64,000 bases of DNA from Nymphaea colorata (lineage: Eukaryota), in the NCBI RefSeq assembly GCF_008831285.2, contig NC_045138.2:34472001-34536000 (forward strand), written 5' to 3'. The notes beneath the pieces were generated by a model that saw only the letters and a list, made by a program, of their open reading frames with translations, searched no databases and was not told the DNA's origin. Shown here one piece after another: positions 1 to 11,549 of this stretch; positions within the stretch are counted from its first letter, which is position 1, and every line of letters begins with the position of its first letter. The translations under genes and the position numbers were made by a program.

Positions 1-485
1 TAATCCCTTTCCTTTTGTAATAGCATAACGGCGGTTCGGGCTGTTGTCAAAATACTTCTTATAGGGCAGGGGTAGCATTGTGGTGCATATGTTCAAGAAA
101 ACGGTTCCTTTTCTGTATCTTGTGAATTAAATCGTCATGGTTCGAATTTTAGGAAGCATATGAAAACATAAAGGAACTTACAATACGGTACGATATATAC
201 CATAAAAACCACAAAAGAGAACGTCAAAGGCGCATATCAGAGAGCAGGATGCTTGTCGATTCATAAGACTGAAATAGCGTGAAAATAGGCACATCACAAG
301 CGGTGCTTCGGAGATGTTATACATGGACGTTGTCCAATGTTCATCTAGAAAAGCTTGTAGATTGTTTATGTATCTGACATTTTTGACAGTCCACAGTCAC
401 TTATTTCACTGTGGTATTACTATTACTGTCTTCGAAGATGCACTCTGTTCATTATTTGGTATAAGTGGTTCTGATTTGGTTGCAG

Positions 486-3400
486 CTACCCTGAATATGA
501 TCGTTTACTACCATGCCCATCACATAATAGACCACCAAGGGTGGAACACCTAGTTGTTCTAGAAGGAGGACCTGTTCTTGATTTTATATGCAAAGCTTTG
601 AATCTGCCTCCCTTGTAAGTACAACTGATGCTTTCTTGATTGTTAATTGACAAACCAGTTCTGCTTTCATGTTGTAAAACATTATAAAAAGAAGAATCTT
701 ATACTTTTTCTTGAAGGTATGTTGCAGATCTCATCCATTTTGGAGCAGTCTATTATGCTTTGGTATGTCCTGAACCTCCTCCAACTGCCACTCCCGAACA
801 AGTCCGGTTGTTCAAGGAAGTTACTGCTCCTTCAGTTCTTAAGAAACGATCATCCATCAAGGGGAAGACTGTACGAGAAGCACAAAAGACATTCAGAATA
901 GCTCACGTTGATCAGTTTGTAGAATCCGGAACCTACTTACGTGTACATGTACACCCTAAACGTTTCCCGAGGTAAACAACTTGCATTTTACCATTTCCTG
1001 AGTAATGCACGTGCTCTCAGGCTCTCAGCAACTAATTTGTTCTCTCATTTCAAAAATTTTGGTGCCTATGTTATGATAAGAGCTTCACGTTGTGAATTCA
1101 GTATGAATTTGTTGTTGCAGCATTAGGATGCCTGTATTAAATATGTGAAACTTGATTTATTGATTCAGGTGTTATGAAATTGATTGGAAATCAAGGATTA
1201 TTGCAGTGACCGAGTCATTTGTTGTTCTTGACAAACCTGCTGGTACTTCCGTAAGTAAGCCATTCCTTCCTTTTTTTTTTTGGGCACTCAACATTGTTGT
1301 TTTTTATATCATGACATTGATGGAATGTTGATAGGTTGGTGGAACAACAGACAACGTAGAAGAAAGCTGTGCAACATTCGCCTCACGTGCTCTGGGCTTG
1401 CCCATTACTTTGAAGACCACCCATCAGATTGACAATTGCACTGAAGGCTGGTGAGACAACTCGAATAAAATTGAGGCTGGATGAAGACCTTCTATTTTGA
1501 CTTATTATTTCCCTTATTTTTTTGCAGTGTTATTCTGGCAAAAACAAAGGAGTATTGCTCTATTTTTCATGGAAAGATTCGGGTATGTGTGTATAGTATA
1601 CTTGTTCTTCGAGGAAGAGTTATTGCTGTTCATGTACCAAAGTTTATATAGTTTGATGGTTCTAGTAGTTTTAAATGTTCAATTGGGTACCAGGGAAAAC
1701 AAGTTAAGAAGCTCTATCTTGCGCTTGCTGCTGCTCCTGTTCCTGTGGGAATAATATCTCATTATATGCGTCCAGTCAATATAGCCCCACGAATTGTTTC
1801 AACAGGTAAGATTTAGATGTCTCCAATATTATATACCTCTAGAATGCATATTTGGTGTAACTTTAGTATAAACTTATTGTCAAATTTTCATATGCTTGAA
1901 ATTTTCTGCAGATAAAAATTTGTATGGTTGTTGAATATTTTGCTGAGATAACCTGCAAATTTAACGATAGACAACAACATGACTATAACTTAGATCTAGC
2001 CCTTTGTTTGTTTGTTTATCTCTGACGTGCTTATTTTTGTTCAGATGGATAAAGAAGTTAGCTGTAGGTTGCTGTCGGTCCAGGCCACCCTTTTCTGGCC
2101 ATTGCATTATCCATGTTGCAACTAAGATGCAGCAACAATAAGAGGACAATGAAGGACATGTCTAAGTATTAGACTCTTAGACATGGCTTCTAGGATATAC
2201 GTTTTTATTCCCCATCACAAGCAACAAATACACACACACATAAGCCACAAAAAGGGTGTAGCTGGGATGAAATATTTCTGAAAGTTGACATGCTTTAAAG
2301 TTTAAACCTGTATTGTTGTTCACAGCACTAGTGGAGTCACATGTCGGCTGGTGTAGGAAATTGTGAACATCAGCCTACACAAGTTGCCTTATCTATGTAT
2401 TGATACCTGATTACCTTATTTATACATAGGTGCCCCTTAGAGTTTAAAATTTAAAATATTTGTGCCCCTTGCCAGAAATTTCTGGCTCTGCCTGCCACAT
2501 GTTTGATTCCTCGTGCTATGAATGACCTTGTGACCACATTGTATGACATCAGAGCTGTGTATATACTATTACAGTATTACTAACTTTCTCTATCAGCCTG
2601 GAAGATTATGGCATGCATGCAGCTATGTATGCATGCTTCCATGCAGATAGTTGTACCACTGCATGCATGGGTGCAGCCTCTCTAGCCCATCCAGCCACAT
2701 GCCTATGCATGAAGACATGTTCAAGATGATTCCTGCAAAGAGGATAGATTTGTTAGAAAGGCTCATGACAAATCTCTCACCAGATTATTCATAAGCACTC
2801 CAACACATTTCTGATGCCAAGTTGCACAACTATTACAGCTGAACAGTAGGTTTACATATGTATTGCCTTCTGCAAGCATCAAGCTAGTTAACTATATTTC
2901 GTTACATTTTGTATTTTGGCCTGTAGGTTTTGTTAAAGGATGGCATTTATGTCAACTTGAGGTACTTGAATGCTGCGAGGTGCCATGGCCGAATGCTACC
3001 ATTTCAGCACAATATTGCATTCAGGATTGTGGGTGGCCATCAAAAGGCACTGCTTATGAATGCAAAATCAATCTCTTAACTGGCAAAACTCACCAGGTGC
3101 TTGATCACTTTCTCCTTTCATCTTCTCAAATTTTCAGATTAAAAAGTAGTGGTGGCTTACGAGGTACGTAAAGCAGATGCTTTTACGTGCATATTTCTTG
3201 TCCTGCATCTTCGAATGTGGGACTGCACTATGGATTGCACTTAGTTACCTTTTAGGTGCTTTTATTTCTTGTTGTAAAGACACATCTGCAGTGCGTGGCA
3301 TAGAAATAGATTTATAATTAGTTGGACAATCAAGCAGACCATCAGAGAGAGGGTCGTAGTTTAGTTGATGATTCATAACTCAAGATGCTAAATGATACTG

Positions 3401-4098
3401 AGGAAGAACTGCATTGTGTGCCTTCGTTTTTTGAAGATGTCTATCCTTGTAGCTTAGTTCACTGAAAATGTCAGTGTAATTGGACTAATTAATTATTTGG
3501 CGTGCTAGTTGAACTGAACATTATGAGTGAAGTGTACATACTTTAGGTATAACTGTCACACTATTGTTATTTATTAGTCATTTCTTTTTTATTTTTGATA
3601 TCATTTAGGTATTTTCCTCTTATCATATGTTGGAATATGTTGTATATGCAACTCATCGACAGATTGTTTATCTAGTTAGTAATAGCTTTCATTTCTTCTA
3701 ACGTTCCCATTGTCCATCCTGGAGATTATCTCACGTCACCTCAAGTTCTCTGTCTCACTCTATGCGTCGGTTTGATTCCTGAAATTTTATTAATGCAAGT
3801 CATTGAGATTGTTCCACATATGCAGATTAGAGCTCAACTTGCTGCATGTGGTGCTCCTATAGTTGGTGATTCCATGTACATGCCTGCTGTGGTGAAGCAG
3901 ATGAAAGATCCACTAGTCAACCCATTTTGTGAAAGAGACATAGAGGACATGAGTCTGGAAGATAGAGAAAAGGCTATCACTGAATGGATTTCTCAGTATG
4001 GAAAAGAGCCAAGTGTGGCAATTGGTCTACAAGCTTGTCAGATTTCTTGGGATGAAGGTGACCATTTTTACACTGCAGGAGCACCTTGGTGGAGATGA
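486..4098 (+). CDS. RluA-family RNA pseudouridine synthase (PUS6-like, probably plastid); first exon(s) not identified, probably upstream of the window
   Basis: GT-AG exons 486-614, 717-971, 1169-1250, 1335-1450, 1528-1582, 1694-1805, 2927-3096 and 3826-4098 splice in frame. Motifs: VVLDKPAGTSVGG, catalytic [48 protein letters not shown]. Confidence 0.92.
2325..2495. mobile_element. Degenerate MITE (GGCGGAGCCAGAAATTT-ended family) in pseudouridine synthase intron
   Basis: The reverse complement of the right end (CAGGCAGAGCCAGAAATTT) matches the left terminus of the element at 47216. Contains the palindrome GCCAGAAATTTCTGGC at 2471-2486. Confidence 0.4.
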
Positions 4099-4876
4099 CT
4101 GAAATTTGGGTATTCGTTCTTCATCATCAACGACGATGTCTCTACTCTCTACTACAGCCCACACAGGGCCTGCTAGGAGATGTCTACAATCGTCTGTTGC
4201 AAATGAAAATATGTGGTTTCTATATTTGTTGTTTAGCATGGAATTTGGAAGAAGCCAGATAACTTTCATTTGAAGCAAGCAACAGTTCGCAGTATGTGGA
4301 AGTGAAAGCAGCCTACAATTGAATGGCAACATTCCAGTACTACTCGACAAGTTTTGTAACATTCTCCAAGCAAGCTTTTGGGTGTATTCTTGTCCTGCGT
4401 TTAAATATGCTCGGAAAGCGAAGTTCAGAAGTGCCGAGCAATAAATTTTTGAACTGATTAAGTGAAGGATGCCTAGAAAGACAACAAAAAGGAAATAAGT
4501 TTCCTAGCAAGAATAACGGCGCCAATTTCAATGCCTGCTGCAGGAGAGATGCCCAGCATTTGCCCCTTCTCTCTCTCTCTCTCGCTCACTCACACACACA
4601 CGTCCTATTCCATTGTATTTCTTTCAGTGACTTCTAGCCATATCAAATCATCCTGATATATTATTCATATGTCAAGAACCAAATTTGAACTACGAACGCA
4701 AGGAGTCAGTGTTTTGTTTGACCAGCTCTGCTAGCTCGACCGTTCATACATTCACAGCAGTTGGCATCTCTGACACGAAGATAAAATTTTTTCCCAAACA
4801 AAAACCAAAATAGACTCCACTAAACACTTAACAAAACTTCCCAAACGCCATGCATGTTAATTCTAATGGATGGCCG

Positions 4877-4924
4877 TACAGCTGAAGTAGAAGAACAAAC
4901 TACAGCTGAAGTAGAAGAACAAAC
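4877..4924. repeat. 24-bp perfect tandem duplication
   Basis: TACAGCTGAAGTAGAAGAACAAAC x2, downstream of the stop codon of the minus-strand gene. Confidence 0.9.
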
Positions 4925-5080
4925 AAAAATGTAATGGCGTTCCTTATTTTTAATTTACATTCATCTCCTTCAAATTATAATACATCCCAATTTGCTATAA
5001 TACAGATCCTCCCATGCCTGTCCAACCTTGAGACCATGATGGTCAAAGTTGAATAAGTTTGAGCACACCTTCCTTATATC

Positions 5081-8000
5081 TCACCAGAACCTATCCTTAT
5101 TGACGCTTATATATCCAGCAATGACTTTCCCACCAGTACTTCTCATTCCATCGATTAGATAGCACCATGTCGATCCAAGAGCACCTACGAAGAAATCTGC
5201 TTCGGTCGCCATTAAGAAATTGACGATCGGATAATTTGTGCTGGTCTCCCTGCCTAGGCTTGCCTCGTAATCAGCCATTGATGTGTTGCCCACCTGTCTT
5301 GCCACATTCTTTGTGTAATAGAACCTCCAACCAGCGTACCGAGTCGAATTGTCGATGACAGCCTGCAGGTGGTTACATGGAGACCTCGATGAACCAAACC
5401 ACGATTCGCAAGAAGAAACTTGCAGTTATTAAATCGAATGTGGAATATTATTTCTACTAAGGAAAAATATGAGTTCACGAATGTCCTAATTGGTGGTTGG
5501 TGGACTACGATGGTGGAGTAGCATTTGGCGGATTGCCTTCACCGTGGCCTCAGTTCTTTCACCTCTAGTTATCCAGTAGCAGCAACCCGTTGGTCGAGAT
5601 GCTGAACCCTAATAAATGCAGACTAAACCTGAGCTCTGTTAGAGAAGTCATCAACCATGTGATGTGAGTATCTCATAGCAGGCGATGATGACTCACGAAG
5701 GGCGTTGAGATGAAGGCCATATATCAAGTCTCGGACCTGCTACTTTTACACCCCGTTTCTTCCATGGCCGGCGTTGTCCTTGGGGTTACGGTCATCAGAA
5801 GATGCACGGAAAATGCAGTTAGCCCTTCAGGCATCTACGTTTACACACCCACGGTGGTGGAGAAAAGATGAAAAAGTACCTGCATTTCTGTAGAGAGCCA
5901 GACGTCCTTTAAATTGGGGAAGCGCTTTCTTATGCGATCAGCGAGCTGCATATACGTATCGAAAGAAGCCAGCTTCATTTCACATGCCTTATCTCCCATT
6001 CTCACGTGCATGCTCAACAATGGTCTGGGCACCCATGGCATCCTATTGGACCATACATATTCATCCAACTCCATCGGGGTTGCTCTGCCAGAGTATTCTG
6101 CCTGCACGGAAAAAGAGAAGACCGGCCAGTTTCCTCAATTCAAAGTCAGCCATTATCTGCAATTCTTCATTCACCTAAAAAAAAGTGTTGGAGCTGAGGT
6201 CGGAATCAGCATCCGACCGGCCGGCAGTATATGGCAGCCTTTGGCAAGCAAGGATGCAAAACTAGCACAGTTTACAAGCCCAAGTTCCTATAGAAAGCAA
6301 GAGAGTGGAAGATTAACCTGTAAAACCGACGGTGGGTTCTAGGTTCTTGTTGTTGTTGAGCCTTGCGCTCCTTAAGGACATCCATTGGCAGTCTTAATAA
6401 GGACGCAAAAAACGATCCAATTTGCAGTTATATTTAGTGTACAAAAAGGATATAGGATGGACGTAGGCGTCATTGGCTCCTGAAAATTTTCTTGGTTTGG
6501 TTGATTGATTTATAAGAAGTTAACAGGTTGCGACTGAGGATCTTAAATTCAATGCTGCATAAAAAAAATGTATTTTGAAATATCAAATATAAATTTAGAT
6601 TCACGCTAGATGTTAAAACCATAAATTTGAAGTCCGATGAGAGATCTTAAATCCATGGACCTGAGATCCAGGTTAAAACAAACACAACCCAACCTGAACC
6701 CGTGTTGTGTTCGTTTCACCGCCGGTCTCAGATTTACGATCATCTCCATTGATTTACTGTCGGACCCACCTCCCCCAATACGACTTAACATGTACCATGG
6801 ATTCTAACTGAGATTTTCAGTTTGTTTAAATTGAGGATCTCCCAAAGCACAATTTTTTTTATGCAGCCTTGGATCTTCAACCTAATGTGACTGATAGGGT
6901 TTGATTCCGAAATTACGGATTCAATGAAATATACAAGGGAAGGTACCACCGTCAAGAAATGAAATCGCCCCGCCGTTTTCCGGAGCTATCATATGGCCTC
7001 ATCTACACAGATAACTTGTAAATACGCCGGACAGCTTGCAACCTCCCGTCAAGCTCAATGTGTCGAAGCCTCAAACTCAAAGTTGATAGGCCCCCAATCA
7101 AAAGATGGCAAAACACAAGGGACCCTGTTTGACAAGAAGGGGTCTTGTGGAGCTCGTCTCTCCCGTCGCCGGGAGAGCAGTGAGTACTGTTAGGGGTGTG
7201 TTTGATCAAAGCCAGAGTGGGGAGGGGATCAGGGAAGGGAAAGGGGACTCGTACCTGCGGCCAGTGTTCTGGCAGGACGTTGACGACCATTTGAGCGGCT
7301 TGCATCCCAAAGGCGTCATGCCTCTCGACATTTAGTAGCTCGCAAGTGTATTCACTCTTGAACCTCATCAAATAACGGACCGCCTGCTCAGGCCACCACC
7401 ATCATCATCAATCATGCATGTCCCGTAGGTATGTGTGGACGAAGTGCAAAGCCGAAGCAAATTCATTAAGAATTGATCAGATGCTTTGGCAGAGGTATCA
7501 CCCAATACTACACGCAATTACGCACAAAATGGGAACATGAAATCAGCAGTGCAGACAGGCGGCAGAAGGGCCAAACACGGCCATTCAAACATCTTTTCCA
7601 AGGGTACAAAGCGAAACCCCATTTGGACGTAATTGGCTTCAAATTAGGAACAGCAGCCAAGTGTTCCTATTCTTTTCTTCCTCCTTATCTAAGTGCAAGT
7701 TGCAATAAAAGATTGACATAAAGAAAAGATTGGGGAGTCCCTGTTCGTTGGTGGCGCACGGGGTGGTATAAATCTATGCCCTGTTTCTGATAATGTAAGA
7801 AACGAATAGAAAGGGGAGGGAGGGCATGTGAGCCTAGGTCGTGGCTTTTCTCCTCTCGCGTTTCCACCTCCAGGAATAGGATGTGGCCCGCTCCCGTTCG
7901 CAACATCTATGCGACCCTTCTTTTGTAGCCAAAGGCCACTCCCTTTCCATATGAGGCACGACAAAGTAGGTGAAGGGCAATGGAGCACATCATCCTGACA

Positions 8001-11000
8001 CTGAGAGCCGAGGCGACTCCAGGCAAAGGGATTCAGGGCATCGGAATTGAGATCCCGTGATTAGTCACGTATCAACTTGTACCGTCCTCTAGAGGTTTCT
8101 ATGTCGTTCAATGCTTGCTGGGTCGACGGTTAGAGCAGCGGCACAGCTACATATCTGAATAAGGGCCATTAATACTTTTTGGCAAAAACCAAAAGGGTAT
8201 GAGGTATAAATATACAAATAAATAGTCCACATGTAAAAAAGAATGTGGACCATTTCTCTCTCTCTCTCTCTCCATCTCTCGTTTATGTTCAAATATTAGA
8301 CTCTTAACCATATTCAAGTAGAGATGGTTTTTATGTTCAGAGGTGGTCTGTCCACACTCTTTCCCTCAGAAAATGAAATAACGAGAATGTCTATGCTTAC
8401 ATGCATGTCTCCGTCTTCCGGTGTTTTGGCGCTCATGTAGGGAACAAGGTTCTTTATTTGTATATAGCTGATTAATAGACGGAAAAACTTTGTCCAAATG
8501 AATCTAACTTGAACATGTAAAGTTCTATCTGCAACGCTAAATGAAATAAAGCGCCACGACGGAACATGAAAGAATTTTTTTTAAAAAAATAACCTAATTG
8601 ATCGGCAAGTAGAATATGAGTGAAGCAAGGATGCAATAATGTAGACCGGTGAGTAAGTAGGAGGGTTTAAGGTGGTACCTGTGCACGCCACCACCTCCTA
8701 TCCATCTTTCTGTGATTCTTCAGCAACCTTCCGTCTATCTCGGTTGTTGGTTGCGAATCCTCCCATGGGCTACCCCATACTCTGTAGAAGAACATGCATT
8801 AAAACACTTTTTACTGCGAAAGAACAAAACTATGCCTCTTCGGGGGATTTCTCACCTTGGAATTGTTCCAGCCCATATCTCTTTCGATGTGTAATTACCG
8901 TTTGTCGTTAGTGTTCCATTCTTCCAAGCATCCTCCGTCTTCATCAGCTGCAAGGCACGTTCTCGACACTGAGGTGATGTCTCGGGGAAGAAATAGCATG
9001 ACCACTGTGATCGCGATGACCCTGTAATACTCGGTTTTCCAATTATAAAATCAAGACCTTGTTCTTGGCCATGTCAACTAAACTGCTTTACAATACTACA
9101 TGGTGCCGCAACCGCTTTTCAATCGTGGGGAATTTAGCAAATACTAGATGATGTTTTACTTCAAAACAGTAGAATCGGTGGAAAATTCTAGATTTGAACA
9201 GTTATATTTGGAACGCGCGACGAGTCTGGAAAAGGCGGATCTTCTGCATAAATGTTAGTTGATAACATGGCACTCGTTCCATTTGGTTACTGCAGGAGAA
9301 CCAGATGGAGGGAGCCAAACTTATATGAGTAACAGTAAACCTTCCACGGACGGTGATTACCATTTAAGCATCCTTGGTGATCTGCTCGATTGAAGTAGTT
9401 CGTGACAAGTACCCTCTTCTCTTTGATTGCAATTGCTAGGAATCCAGTCATTCCAGCAATTTGAGCCCCAATGCCGAAACCAGCCTCCCTCTCCCAGTCA
9501 GCAACAAGGAACCTTGTTTGAGGATCATTGCAGTTTTGTGGATGTTGATGTACCCACAGATCTTGCTGGACTTTTCTGGTTAAAGGGTAATTATCTTCGT
9601 CTGCTCCAACAACCTAAAAATTACAAGTGACGTCAAAAGTTAAAAAAGGAAGTAAATTCACTCGCTCATTCTTTTCAAAAAAGAAGACTTGAATATCATT
9701 TTGGAGGCGAAGAGCACTTTGAGCACAAAAATGACATAAGACAACTACCTGTTTGCCTCCAATCAGATTTTCGTTTTATTCATGTTTGATGAAAGATTCG
9801 AAGGTTGCTCTAGGCATTTCCTATATTAGCTCTCTACTTGATGCAGCAATAGTTAGTTTTAGATTTACATAGCTCGTTTCCCCTTCGAAGAAATCAAACT
9901 TTCCATGGTTCCTAAGGTTTTCAGGGGAGTGAGCACTGCAAGCACCGGACGATATTTCTACTTGTTCAAGAATACCAGTGACCGGTTGCTGCACTCAATA
10001 TGCCTGTATCTTCTGCAACCAGAAAAGAGAGGCAGCTGCCACAACTTGGACGAAATTGAGTTCTGATGGTTTCCCGTTTAAGAAGGGCCTGTCCAGTAAA
10101 GAATATGGTAAATCCCACACATATCTGCAGAGCAGGTTTCCCTGTCTCCTAGAATATGCTCGGCCGACCGTTAATAACTAAGACTTCATGGAGAGAGTGG
10201 GAGGAATAATCCCTTCATTCAGGCGAAAAAAGAGGAAAATTTTCATGCAGACTACCGATTTTTGTGGTTTCATGGCATAAAGTAAATGGGGTAAGAATTA
10301 CGTACCCATGGCGGATTAGCTGCTTCTGTCATTATTAATGGGACAGACCCGACAGTCTCTGCAACCGTCGGAGACAAAGTTTCGTCTGAAAGTCCAGTAA
10401 TTAGACGTCCTTGCCAGCGCGGCCATGGCGGCCCCATCATATCTAGTTGGTGAAATATTTTCGTTCTAGCTTTGCAATCTTCAAGATGGGGTGCCTTGGG
10501 GATCATGTTAAACCTTGGTTCTCTGCTTTTAATTTGCTTCTGGCCGATAGAGTTCAGCAGCTCTTCCCAAGCGGAATACAAGAATGCAATTCTTGGATCA
10601 TTTTTCACTTCTTTGACGGTTTTAACAGATTCAAACTCTCTATCTGTAGCAAAAAGAAAGGAAGGAAATAATTAAGATGTAAATCGTCGGTTTGGAAACT
10701 AATGTTTCAAAAGATTACAACACCGAGCAAGGATCAATCTGAGCAGGAAAAGCTGCAAGACCGATTTTCTGTACCACCAACGAAATATAAAGCAATTTAA
10801 AGCATATTATTGAGTACTTGTTAGTGCCAGCTCCAATTAACAGGGGAAGGTCTTCAAAAATTATAAATCGTCTTTTTCTCCAGGGAAATATTAGAAACCT
10901 AAACCCGGTGTTTGACATTCCGACTTGAATGACTAACAATCTTTCTCCTCGTTACAGTGTCAGATTTCAGAAACAGATTATAAGCCGTCATGTATTCAAC

Positions 11001-11549
11001 CATCCAAAATTTGCCATTTCTATTATTTGATTCAAGGTGCCTCGTCTAAGATGTGGAACAGAAATTAGGTAAAAGATAAAAAATTCTCGTGTTGGTTTAC
11101 GTTTCGAGTCTTGCATTTCTTGGTCCAGTAGTGCTTGCATCTAAGCATCAGAATTTATTTTCATTTCTTGCCCTTCTGCTAAAATTCTCCAACATCTTCC
11201 CGCTTTTTATTGAGGTATAAGGAACAAAACATGTACGAGTTCCTAATAGTTAAGTGAAAGAAAATGTAGAGATAAAAGGAAACGTGCCCAACTTACCCGT
11301 ATGAACTGGAAGAATTGTCTGGTTTCTGAATCTTCCCTCCGTCTCTCCCATGGGAATCTTCAATTCCCCTGCTCCGAGCTTTTGTATCCCAACGGAAGTG
11401 ACGGCAGCAAGAAAAAGATAAGTGATACACACTCCGGCCAAAAACCCTACCACAGCCGCCTTACAAGAAGCAGAGTTGCTCATCTGCAGTGCCTTTTGGG
11501 ACACTGCCCTCTCCAAATTCTTCTGCACAGTGCCACCTTCCCCGTCCAT
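5081..11549 (-). CDS. Uncharacterised type II membrane glycosyltransferase, alpha-1,6-fucosyltransferase (FUT8/NodZ, GT23)-like, about 581 aa
   Basis: Minus-strand exons 11549-11297, 10643-10306, 9613-9361, 9021-8856, 8781-8679, 7383-7255, 6101-5880 and 5362-5081 (1746 nt, all GT-AG, in frame). N-terminal TM segment AAVVGFLAGVCITYLFLAAV. Motifs QHPQNC...GFGIGAQ, WWRAQAVRYLMR, MHVRMGDK, VWLSTE, EADFFVGALGS. Confidence 0.88.
6550..6871. mobile_element. MITE-like element with about 35-bp imperfect inverted repeats (intronic)
   Basis: CAATGCTGCATAAAAAAAATGTATTTTG (about 6550-6577) is inverted relative to CAAAGCACAATTTTTTTTATGCAGCCTTG (about 6843-6871). True ends and TSD not resolved. Confidence 0.5.

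Noticed and set aside
7690..8140. GC-richer intronic block ending in ...CACGTATCA, suspected solo LTR or extra exon
   Set aside because: No matching TG start, TSD or PBS was found, and the flanking exons already join in frame without it.
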